DNA of 63,705 nt, the filler included, from Reticulomyxa filosa (lineage: Eukaryota; Protista; Foraminifera): NCBI GenBank assembly GCA_000512085.1. It is 20 parts of 20 records of this genome, joined end to end, with 100 filler letters (N's around TTAATTAATTAA, not from the genome) between each part and the next. Parts side by side here need not be neighbours in the genome. Positions count along the whole stretch, not along the records: positions 1 to 15,030 come from ASPP01005266.1; positions 15,131 to 18,344 come from ASPP01025614.1; positions 18,445 to 21,507 come from ASPP01000327.1; positions 21,608 to 24,713 come from ASPP01022970.1; positions 24,814 to 33,529 come from ASPP01027992.1; 15 more parts are not named here. One strand, given 5' to 3'. Each line of letters starts with the position of its first letter. Within the stretch, counting starts at the first letter, position 1. The translations under genes were made by a program, and so were the position numbers. Below, piece by piece: positions 13,206 to 25,841 of the stretch. Under the pieces are notes generated by a model. It did no database searches, was not told where the DNA came from, and was given only the letters and a program-made list of their open reading frames with translations.

Positions 13206-14420
13206 ACTACATTTCGAACTAACGTCGCTATTTTTGGCTGTCAGTAAACAAATATTGGATAAAATTTAATTGTTCTTTCTTTTTACATTGAAAAATTGTT
13301 AAAGTTTCAAGAAAAAAATTAAATTTAATAACAATTTTTTTCAACACAAAAGAATCTTTTTAAAAACTAAATTTCCGTTGAAAAGACATTCCTATTGACT
13401 GAACTTTCTTCACGGTTTAGTGGTGTCACTTTATTTATTGTGGGCTTTAAATCAGATTTATTTGCCAAATTCAGCGTTTTTCTTTTATTTATTAAAGAAA
13501 TAGTAGTTAAATATTTTTTGGTTAAAAAAGAAAATACATCCTACAGTGCAGTGTTCTAACATTGGTGAAAATGGTGACTGGAATGAGTGTTGGCTATTTA
13601 ACAATTTATTGCTTGCAGTTCGCGCTGACAACTGGCCACAGGTGAAATACAAACGTCATCGTGGGGGTGAGACAGAGATCCAATGGCACTAGTCAACGAT
13701 TTAACTCGTTTTGTGGTGTACAAAGTTTTCTTTGAAATTAAAATTTGATTTTCTGTGGCTTCCATTGATTTACTTCCTTTTGATGTATCACAATTACAGT
13801 TTACTTTCTTTTTTTGGTTCGTGAATATTTTGTTTAAAACATTTGCAAAATTTGTAAAATCATTAGAAGAGTATCATATTTCGGCTGCGATTGGGCCTAA
13901 TACTGAGTTCTACTCTCTTCTTGTGAAGCTTTTAAAAGTTTGCAGTCAAAAAATTTTGCTTTAAAAGACAAACTGTATATTAGGTGAAACAAGGTGCTAG
14001 AATTCGATTATGTCAAATAAAATTACTGTTCACTTTGCCATGTTTTACATGATTGTATAATACTATATTTTCAACTAGAAAAAGGATCTAAAACCTATTT
14101 TAGATCCCAAGACTATTTTAAAAGAAAAACTTGTTAAAAGACTTTAATTTGTTGCCAGCTTCATTGTTAAATGAAAATGAAATTCTTCAAAACTGCCAAA
14201 TCCGAAACAAAATAGACGTGTACAAACTGTTTACACTTTTCGTTCAGAAGCGCATAGTTTCATTTTTTTACATCAATTGGCCGTCACAAACAGTGAAAAT
14301 GCAACAAATATGTATACTTCGACTGGATTAACAAGCAGGAAGACTTGAGTAAGCGTAAAAGGGTACGAAATGATAAATAATTTGAGTTGTATGGCCTAAT
14401 GAATTAAAACAAAAGAAAAG

Positions 14421-14892
14421 ATGACATCAGGGCTTTGGGTTACTCCATTATTGCAGCCAGATGATCAAAAATCCGGTTTTCATCGTCATCAGCGACGTCA
14501 GAGCACATCATATCGTCACTTGTCGTCTCAGTTTCGCTCGCACATCAAACGTTTGAACAATTTGTTGCGAGAGCTAAAGCACGCGCTATATGATTACGTG
14601 GAAAGTACGGAGCCTATGTCCCGTAGGTCCACACGTCGCAAAGCGCGCCACACTCACACGGCAGCGCAGAATAAAACCTCATCGCAAATGAACAGCTCAG
14701 CAAGCCAACTGATTAACAAAAATGACCTTTCGTATACAAACCAAATGCGAATGGTAGTGAGTAAATCACCGCCATCCGAGATGTCTGCCATGTCTAATTT
14801 CGGCAACCCTTACTTCAAAAAGGGCATGTTTTCGTTGGACAAAGAGCGAAACAAGAATGGCATAACGAGTCACAAAAACAGTGACGATAATA
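14421..14892 (+). CDS. Hypothetical protein, first exon, truncated by contig end
   Basis: ATG-initiated protein-like ORF ending at a probable donor (ag|gtacat ~14892). Confidence 0.4.
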
Positions 14893-15030
14893 GGTACATT
14901 ATTATTATTATTTTAACAAGTCACTTTTGCCAAAGGGGGGAGAAAAGGGGGAGAAAAAAAAAAAAAAGGGGAAGACACAACAGCGTAAGAAAATGAAATG
15001 AACCAAATATATACATATACATATATAAAT

Positions 15031-15130
15031 NNNNNNNNNNNNNNNNNNNNNNNNNNNNNNNNNNNNNNNNNNNNTTAATTAATTAANNNNNNNNNNNNNN
15101 NNNNNNNNNNNNNNNNNNNNNNNNNNNNNN
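15031..15130. other. Artificial contig linker N44-TTAATTAATTAA-N44 (first of 19)
   Basis: Identical 100-bp unit with stops in all frames. Other copies start at 18345, 21508, 24714, 33530, 37708, 41889, 43321, 45023, 46898, 48937, 51012, 52365, 53480, 55489, 57067, 59483, 60615 and 62421. Confidence 0.99.
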
Positions 15131-16390
15131 GAGATGAATCTGCTTGTAGACATAGATAGTGTTGTCCTTTGTGATACTCCTGGATTTGAAGATACAAGTG
15201 ATCCTGAAGTCGATGTTGCAAATGTCATTGGAATCATTCGAGCATTACAAAATTGTAAAAAGTGTCAAACCTGTAGTGTTGATTTGTTACACTGCCCTAG
15301 GTTATCGAATGAACTGTGTCAAGGAATTGGCCCGTACAATCGTGTCCATTATTCCGTCCATCAAATATCATCTTGCTTCATTCTCGTATGTATTTACCAA
15401 ATTACCCAAAGAGCAAAAAGATTATATGCATTCGTTGGTGAAGGATACTTGGTTAAGCGTGAAAGACGAGCCAGATGAGGGATTCAAAGCCATTTTGGGA
15501 GATATTGTTAAAAAAACAAGAAAAGGAGTTATTGCACCAAATTTAGTGAAAGATTCACCAGATATTTTGTTGGAAGAACTTTCCGATACAAAGAATTTCA
15601 TTCAGGAACCCAGAGAGGTCTTTCAACCTTTTGTTTCCGAAAGTTCTAAAGAAGCAGTCCAAATGCAAGCGCAGAAACATAAAGAAAAAATTTGGTTGGC
15701 TTATCAAATTGGAGATTACAAACTTGCCAACACAAAATTGGATGAACTCACAGACCTGAATAATGTGTTGAAACTTCCAACGATTGAAAATGAATACAAT
15801 GGCTGTGTAAGAAAGTTGACCAATGAATGGAACAAAAAAAGTGAAAATGCCAAATCGATGTTCAACAAACGAATTGCATCTCCATATCCAATAAGTAAAG
15901 ATGATATGTTAATTTATCAAAAAGTTGTGAATGAACTTGTTTCTGTAAATGAATTGCGAAATCATTTGAAAGATGCAATTTGTGGTGACTCTTTGGTCCA
16001 AAACATTAATGAACAAATGTATTATTTAATTCATTCCATTGAAAATCAAAAGGAAGAAGACGAAAGCGCATTACAAATTCATTTGGACAAAATTGCACAA
16101 GTGCAAGCCTATTTCCCTAATTTCCGTAGCTCTTACAATGGAGTGTGTCAAAAATTGAAAAAAAAAAATCGTAAATTATGTGGATGAAGCAAATGAATGT
16201 ATTAAAAAGAATAAATTTATGGAGTTTCGAAAAGAATTGGAGAAGATTGGAAGGATTTTGATTCTTCAAGAACACCTCCATTCTTTAATTGATATCAAAA
16301 AAGAGATCAAAGATTTGGAAAATGAATTATTAGTTCATCTAAATAATGCTGTAAATGAAGGATTTGTTGTGTTGAAAAAAACAATTAAAG
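15131..16390 (+). CDS. P-loop GTPase (AIG1/IMAP-like G3 motif) plus helical-repeat protein fragment; frameshifted and truncated
   Basis: VVLCDTPGFEDT (DxxG) at ~15165-15195 and FSYVFTK (G4-like), followed by long helical repeats. Frameshifts in A-runs at ~15258 and ~16160. Confidence 0.65.
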
Positions 16391-18344
16391 ACGTTCGCAT
16401 TGACGAATCTTGTCATTCAATTCTTTTTCATTGTTGATTAATCTTTGTACATCACTTTCCACAAATTCGTGGCTCTGTAATGACTTACAAACACTTGCCA
16501 ACGACATCTCTCCTTTTTGTAATTGTTTTTCGTATTCTCTCTTTACTTGTTCGTCCTTGTCCAGTTTTTCTTTTAATTCCTTCATTTGTTCTTGATAACT
16601 TTCATTCATTCCTTTTGCTTCTTATTTCAATTTTTCCAAATTCTGCTGTCCTTCTTCTGTCTTCTCTTCCACTCCTTCCATAAGCTGCTTGCTTGCTATT
16701 TTCAAATAATCTATAGCTGCTTCCTTGTCGGATGTCAACTGCGAGATGTCGGTAACGAATTGGGGATGGAGTTTTCATTTTCATATTCTTGTTTGGTTTC
16801 TTCTATTTGCGAAAGTTTTTCTTGGATTAGCTTTTGTATTATCTTTATACTGTTGATCAGGCATAGTTATGATTTTGGTTAATTCCTCTATTTTGGTTTT
16901 CGTCGCATTGATTTTCAAATCAAGATCTTTTGCATTCTTAAACTCCATTTTCTGCAAATACGAATTGGCAGCATGGATATCCTCAGCACACAATTTAAGT
17001 TGGATCAAACTCTCTTTCATCTTTTCTTGATTTGCCACATTTTTTGCTTCCAACGCAAATTCACGACGAATCATAGCCAAAGTAGTTTGAATGGATTGTT
17101 CAAGTTGGGCACTTACCCTTTGACGAGAAGGAGTTATTTCTGGAATGACCATTTCCAAACGACGCAAATTCCCAAGATGATTAAAGATACGGCGAGCTTC
17201 TTTAAGATGTTCAGGATGATCTAAATCAATCTCCAATTCTTGACTTGATTGTTGCAATTCATAAAAATGTAATTTCAGCTTTTGTTTTATGATGTCTATC
17301 AAATTGCTGCTATCATCTTCTTGACGTTCGTCAATCCACTTTGAATTTGCTCACACAAAGAACACACTCATACAATCGATTGTAATCAATTGACATATTT
17401 TGTCTGTTGAGAGAGAGCCAAGTATTGTATCAATATCTTTTTGGACTTCACGTGCAAACGTATTTATTTTTTCGATAGTTTGATAATATTGACTTCCCGT
17501 CCTTTCTTTTACTACTTTCATACTTTGAAGTTATTCCATCACCCAAAACAAATCTTTTAATTTCGTCAAATGCTTCATACTTTTTTTCTTTAAACAGATT
17601 CGAAATCTCTTGCCTAACCTTTTCAAAATACTCAATTATTTCATTTACAAATGAACGAACCAATTCTTTTGTTGACTTGTCAAGTCCAACATATTCACAA
17701 GGCAAGTCAAATGCATTTTCTGCTTCCTCCAAGAGAGAGACTGTTTTTTTTCAAAATGTCGATTGCACTTTTGTCAAGTTTTTCAATTTGAACATTAGCT
17801 GTTTCAACTTTTTTTACTTTCTGTTTTTGGCCCTTTGAGGGGTCCTCTTTAATTGCCTTTTTCAACACAACAAATCCTTCATTTGCGATATCCTTGAGAC
17901 AGATCAACGCCCTTTCTTCTAAGTCCTTGATCTCTTTTTTGATATCTATGACAGAGTGAAGATATTCTTGAAGAATCAAAATCTTTTCAATTTTATCCAG
18001 TTCTTTTTGAAACTCCATAAATGTATTCTTTTTAATGCATTCTCTCGCTTTAGCCACACAATTTACAACTCTCTTTTTCAGCTTTTGACAAGCTTTATTA
18101 TAAAAATTATGGAACTCAGGGAAACAGGCTTGTACTTGTGCAATTTTATCCAAATGAACTTGTAATGCGCTTTCGTCTTCTTCCTTTTGATTTTCAATTG
18201 CATCAATCAAAGGCTGTATTTGTTCGTTAATATTTTGAATCAAAGAATTACTACTGATTAAGTCTTTCAAATGACTTCGTAATTCCTTTGCAGAGTCTAA
18301 TTCTGTTATAACTTTTTGATAGGCCAACACATCATTTTTGCTTA
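16385..18344 (-). pseudogene. Paralogue of the preceding GTPase/helical-repeat family, helical and coiled-coil part, frameshifted
   Basis: YQKVITELDSAKELRSHLKD..IENQKEEDESALQVHLDKIAQVQA..NEGFVVLKKAIK closely matches the + copy (YQKVVNELVSVNELRNHLKD..IENQKEEDESALQIHLDKIAQVQA..NEGFVVLKKTIK). Split into several ORFs. Confidence 0.7.
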
Positions 18345-18799
18345 NNNNNNNNNNNNNNNNNNNNNNNNNNNNNNNNNNNNNNNNNNNNTTAATTAATTAA
18401 NNNNNNNNNNNNNNNNNNNNNNNNNNNNNNNNNNNNNNNNNNNNTAATGAATAATGTGTCCCCGAATGAAAGCGATTATGAAATTATTTAAACAATCCAA
18501 GAAATATAATACGACTTGGATAAAGTGTATATGTTTAAATGTCTCCCTATTGTAAAAGTTCTGTTTGCCACACCTAATTATGTGAAAAGAGCACACAAGA
18601 AAATGAAGTAAGAATTAGGTACATCATATATCGTGCGAGCTATTTGACAGATACATTAATACTGCGATTACACTTTATTCAATGTAGAAAGTGCTTGGTT
18701 TGAACCACTTCTCTAAAAACTGCACTAAGAAGCAGTTATTCAAGTACTGCATACTAAAGAACTATATGTCCGAATATTGCTATCATAAAAAAAGGCAAT

Positions 18800-19690
18800 C
18801 GTTACATATGCGTCATGTGCCGCGGACCAGTACTGGATGGTGCAGGACTAGTTGTCCAAGGCCAATCATCCAATCAATGGATTGAGTTGGAGTTCCCAAT
18901 TAAATGATAACAACAATGACTGCAAGCGAGATTAGTCAATCGGCAACCACTGAACCATGTGCAATGACATTACAAAGACACATATGCAAGTATTGTTGTC
19001 CTTTCTGATTGCTTTATAATTCCATATCGCAGATTGCCAGAGATTAATGAATGGCCTTGGAGAAAATATAGTCCCTAAAATCTATTTGGTTAAGTGACAC
19101 CCAGTTATTTCATGAAACAAACGAGCAGACACAGTATCGAAGATGGCAAGATTCAAAGCAGAAATAGAACAACATGAATTATTCAAAAAGCCAGACAAAT
19201 CATCTACGTTCTTTAGTGTCATGGACTGAATCCATTCTTCACATAATAGTATCATTTGACGAATGAATGAAATGAAATGAAATCGCACAAGCATCCGAAA
19301 CGACTCCTGCTCAGCCTTATTTAAGACAAGTCATTTGAAAAAATTTTGCTCTACAAGTTGTAAGCTCACGAGCGCAGATTTATTTGCAGAATCATTACTT
19401 GCAAAGTGAAACTGAATGGTTACCTGTTCAAGATCAAACGAGATTACACACTATATTGTAAGTGGTACGAAGGATAAGATGAAACAATGGATCGCTTCTT
19501 GATAGAATGCCAACAATATGAGTACTTATAGATGCATGTCAAGTATCAATAAAGTCATTGTTGCCGCATTTGCAATTCGAGGCATCGAACCTGCAGAGTT
19601 TGTTGGTCGGCGACAAGATATTGGATCCTGATACAAGAACCAAAGTTGTCAATGAACTTGCAAAGTTCATTGTGACAACTTGAAGAAAAA
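18800..19690 (+). mobile_element. Degraded non-LTR retrotransposon 3' part (RNase H and C-terminal Cys/His region)
   Basis: Hand translation gives NIVPKIYLVK*HPVIS*NKRADTVSK (~19065-19145, cf. WVKGHxGxxGNExAD) and CKWYEG*DETMDRFLIECQQY (~19457-19520, cf. CxxC..ETxxHFLxxC). Similar to the remnant at 46050-46897. Confidence 0.7.
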
Positions 19691-20777
19691 TTTAAATTCA
19701 ACTTAAAATTATTTTCTGATAACTATTCAATTTCCTTTATAATACTACCAACTTTGTTTATTTTTGTTTTGTGACAGTTGTAAACCTTTTATTTTCTTTA
19801 AGTGGTGCCATGACATATTTTGTTCCATGTGCTTAAACTTGCTTTCGTTTGCATTTTGTGGAATAGCGTGGCTCAAAATCAGTGTAGTGTGAAAGATGAA
19901 GCATGGAGTAGTCTGACACCTTCACAGCCCGCCCAGTGCAAAAGCATAAAAAAAAAAAGTTATGAAGTCTCTTGTGCAAAAGTAAATTGTCAGTCTTTTA
20001 TTGTGTCGTTTACTCATTAAAAAAATAAAGACTAAAGAACTCTTTTGTTGTTATATAGACTTACCTTGATGGTCAATAACAATTAAATCAAATACGTTGT
20101 TAGAAAAAATCTCTCATCAAAGAAATTTAAATATTTTGTTGTTTTCTGAAACAAAAAGTTGAAAAAGCCACAAAACATGAACAAATCTAAATTCAAAAAA
20201 AAGTAGTTAGAAATCATGAAGTTAGACTCCATGAGGGCCAATATTAGATGCACACAAGTGTGCTGTTTGTGAGGCCTTCCAAAAAGTAATTATTTTTACT
20301 TTTTTTTAAATTCATCTTTTTTTGATTTATTTCAACTTCATCCTCTGAATTTCATTTTTTGCAAATTTTTCTACAATTTTCTCTGCTGTTTCCTGCTTTT
20401 CTTCATCAAATAATCTTGCTTGAAAAATAATATCCGCGTATAGCATTCTATTGTGCATTTTAATTTTTTTTACGTTTATTCTTACTAAAAAAGAATAACA
20501 TATTTGAAAGTTGCAATAATTTACAATTCTCTTATTCTAAATGAAAGTATTTGTATTGTTGGAATTGGTAGAATGTTTCGTAGTAAATACTGTTTACAAT
20601 GTTTCTTCTGTGGAAGAATTAAGTCATTTTTATGGATTTAATATAAAAATGTAAATTTTATAACATTCGATATAAAAACAACATAGTACATCAGTTAATA
20701 TCTTGTAATGTGGCGTTCAATCCCAATTAACACAGTTTTGTTGGAAACAAAAAGGAAACCCAAAACAAACAAAAAAA

Positions 20778-21421
20778 ATGGAACAGCCCTTTCGTTCACC
20801 AAATAAATATTTTTTCTCTACAAGTGCTGCTCTCATAGTGTTAGATCTGTATCGCAGACAGCAACGTAAGCCCCATGCAAAGGCCTTGTCTCCATTGGAC
20901 ACGAAAGAGCTCAAGGACGTGTTGTCGACTCCAAATAAAAACAATACGGGACTTCCAGCATATCTTTCACCCAAGCTAGAGTATTATTTTCAACAAAATG
21001 TAATGTCGGAATTGCATAATTATATAATTAAGCGCTCTTTTTCAGTGATTGTAGGCGAGTCACCCCAAAGAGACGAACTAAAGATAGAAAGTTGAAGATC
21101 TTGGACTGTGGTTGTTCGACAGGGGGTTTATCTCTTAAACTGCTAAAGCACGAAAATGCAAGGGTCAATATTGTGGGGATAGATATTGTCCGAGAGTTTG
21201 TGCAATTTGCACAAAAGAAGCAAGAAAAGGAAATTCAAAAGGACAAACGAATGGAAAATTGTTTATTTATTTGTGGGAATGCCATCGAACTGTTGAAAGA
21301 TCAATATCAAACGAATCAATTTGACATTGGCTTTTGTATTTTAGTATTGCATGACATGCCAGACAGATGGCCAATGAATCTTTTGTGTGAAGTTGCTTTT
21401 GAGCTATCTATATTATTCTAG
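20778..21421 (+). CDS. Class I SAM-dependent methyltransferase (partial, multi-exon)
   Basis: Motif I ILDCGCSTGG, IVGIDI, ICGNA and FDIGFCILVLHDM. Confidence 0.8.
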
Positions 21422-22393
21422 TTCCTTTTTTTTTTTTTTTTGGAAGGGTGTGTTCAATGAACGGATGTACTGTTTCAAATATCAAACCAACAACGTCTCA
21501 CAATCGTNNNNNNNNNNNNNNNNNNNNNNNNNNNNNNNNNNNNNNNNNNNNTTAATTAATTAANNNNNNNNNNNNNNNNNNNNNNNNNNNNNNNNNNNNN
21601 NNNNNNNCAGTATCGATTATTGTTGCAGTACATGAAAAGAATAAAAGTGGTTGCAGCATTATAATCGAATTGTTGCTGATGGAAATCCAATATGTTGAAT
21701 CATGGACGTCATTATTGATTGAAAGAAAATCAAATATTTGAAAGTGGTGAGCTGATGTTATCATGTTATGTGCGCAATCTATGTTCCAATTTATAATATT
21801 TTATTTTTTTTTATAATCTGATTTGAAAATACTTAAAACATGTATTTGTGATCAATACATACGTATATAACATAGATTTTCAAATAATCAAATATCTACC
21901 TATTGAGCAATTGAAAAGTGGTGGTTGTGCGGTGCCAGCGAGCAAGGGTGAAGTGAAATCAAACAACGTCAAGTTTGTTGAGTTGCAAGTGTTTGACACT
22001 TGCCTCAAATTTTTTCTGTTTTTTTTGCTCAATTGTTGTTTCTTTTGATTTTTTAAAAAATAATTCAATGCATTCTCCAGCTCACCTGATATCCTTCTCA
22101 TCAAATTATTTCATCGCAAAAAAATTTCTGAATTTTAATGTTTTAAAATCTAAGTCGAAGATATGTAAACAGGTCAATTTAGTTCAGTATTAACAATTAC
22201 TTTTCATATTTAAATCGCATTAGAAAAGACATAGGCAACAATTAAAAAAGGTCATAAGAGCGATTAGTTGCATTATTTGGAGAAGACAATTAAAAACATG
22301 TATAACAATTTGAAAATAAGTTTTTATGTGTAATATACTTTATATGAAAATTTGGACGAACTAAGCACAAGTAGAAAAAAAATGGATTGTAGT

Positions 22394-23847
22394 TCAAATC
22401 CATTGAGGATCAAAAACCAAAGGATTGAATGGTCCTTTCAAAATGGTGCCTTTTTTATAAGCAGGCATGCCATCCAACAGCGATTCATCGACGTTGGTGA
22501 AGGTACCGTCCTTAAAGTAATTTACCACAGCAGCTCTCCTTGAAGAAGGAGAACGATTGGGAAACGATCCGTGAACAGACAAGGGATGATGAAACGAAGC
22601 AAGCCCCGCCTTCATCTGGCAAGTATGAACTCCGTGTTTGTCCCATCCCTGTCTTTCTTCTTTTGTCAAAATCTCTCGAATCGAGTCCATATCGGCAAAG
22701 TGTCTTGCAGTGATCGGTAAAGGCACGATTTCTTGTTGTGGTCGCTATTCTTCAAGCGGTGCCATCTATGTGACCCTTTCGCACCCCAATCGCCAAAAGT
22801 TAGCACATGTTATAAAATTATAAAAAGTAATAAAAATAATAAATATATTATATATATGTATATATATAATATATTTATTATTTTTATTACTTTTATTACT
22901 TTTTATGCGTTGACTTGTTTGCAAGAAATGTACCTGGAATATAAGACAAAGCTCCATTGATAGGTGTTTGATCATCCAGTGCGATATGGACAGTTAAATG
23001 TTGCATTGGTTTTGTGCGAATCCAATAAGAGTAATCTGTCTTTTTCAAACAACCATTTCCAAAAAAAAAAAAATAATCATTATTATTTTGTTTGTTTGAA
23101 GTAGCATACCTTGATGCCATGCGACATTGCCACCACAGTGAGGTGGCTTTGCAAACAATTGATCATGCCAAAAGCGAACACCCACTATTTCGTCGGCTGT
23201 TGGTTCATTGGTCACTTGGTCCAAAGCCAACAATTGCGCACTTGGTATTGTAATCGACGGGTTGAAAATTAGGTCATGGAAACCATTCGTACATCTCCAA
23301 TGGCCAAGGCAGTGAAACAGTACATTGTTCTCGTCTCCCGTTTCATTGTGGTGCATCTCATGCAATCTATTTTGTTTCATCGAAAACTTTGACAAAGGGG
23401 AAAAAGGAATAAATATATCATTTAAAAAACCAACAAAAAAAATTACAAAATTTTTTTTTTTTTTTAATTGTTATTCTCTTTTTTTTTCTATCCCCCCTTT
23501 TTTTTTTAAATGTACGCATACACAAGATATATAAACTATTTACACAACAAAGACAAAATTTGTTCATAATGCCGACTTTCATCACAGTCAACAGGACTCT
23601 TCCCCTTTTCTATATCGTTTCTGTACTTTGCTGCATTCAAAAATAAAGGGTACTCTTGCAGCAGCTGCTGGGTCTGCTCGGGGGTCAACACGGGCACGTT
23701 TGTGACAAACCCGTTTTGTTGATAATATTGAATTTGCTCACGTGAAAGGCAAAATTGTTTCCATACTTGCTTGAGCTTATTCAAATCACCAAAAAGTTTC
23801 CCAATTGGACGCCCAAATTGAGACAAGTCTTTCAGCTTCGAGGTCAT
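22394..23847 (-). CDS. Phytanoyl-CoA dioxygenase (PhyH) family Fe(II)/2OG oxygenase, multi-exon
   Basis: [25 protein letters not shown]|DYSYW (HxD split by an intron), [24 protein letters not shown] and RRA. Confidence 0.9.
22823..22894. repeat. Perfect 35-bp-arm AT-rich inverted repeat inside a PhyH intron
   Basis: 22823-22857 is the exact reverse complement of 22860-22894, with a 2-nt loop. Confidence 0.9.
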
Positions 23848-25384
23848 GGGCTTATTTACATCCGCAAGACCCTTTCTTAGTAAAACACCGACACGTAGGA
23901 GACTGCTAATTTTTAACGTGTTTACACTATGCTTTGTCTTTATCTATTATTTTTTTGTGCTATCGGAATGTGTAATTTCACTAAGTCTAAACAGCTATTT
24001 ATTCATATTTGATATGTCAAGAACAAATACAACATACAATATTTATATGATAAAAAATAGTACAGTCAAATATATTGCTATATCTTAAAGTGGAGTAGCT
24101 ATAACTAAAAATAAAAAATATGAAATTTAAAAATTGTAAATTAATAAATAACGAAACAATTGATTCTTTCAGCACATAACGCAGCTAGCCTTAATACAAA
24201 TAAAATAAAGGTTATATATTTCACAGTAATTTTACTTATTTAATTTACACAAAGATAACAAATAAAACGAAACAACTATTATAAAAATTGATGTAAAAAC
24301 TAATTGGAGTGTTGCAACCAGACAAAATTAGATAACGTGTTATATTTTAAAGACAGACCTGATTTTAGCAAGTAAAATAACACCTGTTGTACGATAAATC
24401 GCAACAAGATATTTCTTTTATATTGTTATAATTTGAAAAATTCGTTATTTTTCTCCTTCAGAAAGTAAACCGAAAAACTTTGTAATAAAAGATATGCAGC
24501 TGGTTTTTTTGTGTACGAATCTACCATAACTTTCGAAAATTCCAAACGAGTGAAATTCTTTTGAAATAAGAGAAATACGAAACATTTTATTGTGCTGAAA
24601 ACTGTCTTATCTGAAAGTTTTTCTCTACTTTATTTTTTTATAAAAAAAAGGGCTTTGGAAAAAAAGGGAAAAAATATTGAATTTACTTTGCATATTTTTT
24701 TTTTTTTTTTTTTNNNNNNNNNNNNNNNNNNNNNNNNNNNNNNNNNNNNNNNNNNNNTTAATTAATTAANNNNNNNNNNNNNNNNNNNNNNNNNNNNNNN
24801 NNNNNNNNNNNNNAGGCTAAATGAAACAGCAGGAAACATAGTAAGCTTAGTACCAAACCTTTCCACATTGTAGATTGAAGATGAAATTAGGTAGTCTAAA
24901 AAAAAATTGAGACCCCGTTCAACTGTCTTTTTTCGTAGGGTTCTATGATATTGTGGATTGTATCTGAGTTTTCACTGGCTGGGGGAAATATCAAAGGCGA
25001 ATTGATGAAACGAGTATATGCATTTGACTGAAATATTTTTTTAATATATGAAATATTTGAAAACTCGATTTGAAAGTTATCTTTTCCTTTTATAATGAAA
25101 TAAAGTTGCAAAAAAAAACAACAAAAAACAATATCAATTTCATATGACTTTGTTTGATTCAATATCGTATTAAGCTTTCTTTGTAATAGCATAAACAAAC
25201 TTTCCCCCTTAAGTTCAAGGTTCAGTTGACAACCACTTTGAAAAAGTTAAAAGAAAAAGAAAGATATTGAAGAAAAAAGGAAAATAAAGAAGTTGTTGAA
25301 ATAGTTTTAACATAAAACACTGGTATCACTAACTAAAAATTAACTTTAACTTTTACGTTTTACACTAAATTTAAACTTGATGTA

Positions 25385-25650
25385 AAGAAGAGGCATTGAA
25401 CGAAACATTAAACATCTTCAAAACGCAAGCAAGTAGAAAAGAACGAGATAGACTGATGCTATTGATAACAGACGGGAACCAGGTGCCCAAGTTACAAGAC
25501 CTATGTCCACTAGTGCCCACATTGGACCAGCAGAAGATCGACTGATTGTCGGAGTAGTGAGCGATTGGACGATACAAAAAATCGGGTGTTTGGTGAACTA
25601 CGATAGCGAGCGACTGATCCGCAACCAGTTGGACGTGTTGTTGTGTCCGA
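25385..25650 (+). pseudogene. von Willebrand factor A domain fragment, degraded
   Basis: EALNETLNIF..RDRLMLLITDGN..DLCP..L, then after a frameshift IVGVVSDWTIQKIGCLV. Confidence 0.5.
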
Positions 25651-25841
25651 ACAACTACCAAGTGTGACTAAGTGAGATCAAGCCGATGGCTGACGTAACA
25701 AACATCAATACTACTCACAATAATAATAATGTAGTGATAAATGAGTCGCAAATGACCCCATAGTTGTAATAATCAACTCCATAATAAGAAATAACCTTTT
25801 TTTTGTTCTTTTATTTACTTCATTCATTTCTCTATATCTAA

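Noticed and set aside
14084-14107. 10-bp-arm hairpin ggatctaaaa-ccta-ttttagatcc as a terminator
   Set aside because: Eukaryotic context with no U-tract after the stem. It is short enough to arise by chance in AT-rich DNA.
15075-15086. Recurring TTAATTAATTAA flanked by N-runs as a biological repeat or array
   Set aside because: It is an invariant 100-bp all-frame-stop spacer used to concatenate contigs. ORFs ending in X..LIN are artefacts of it.
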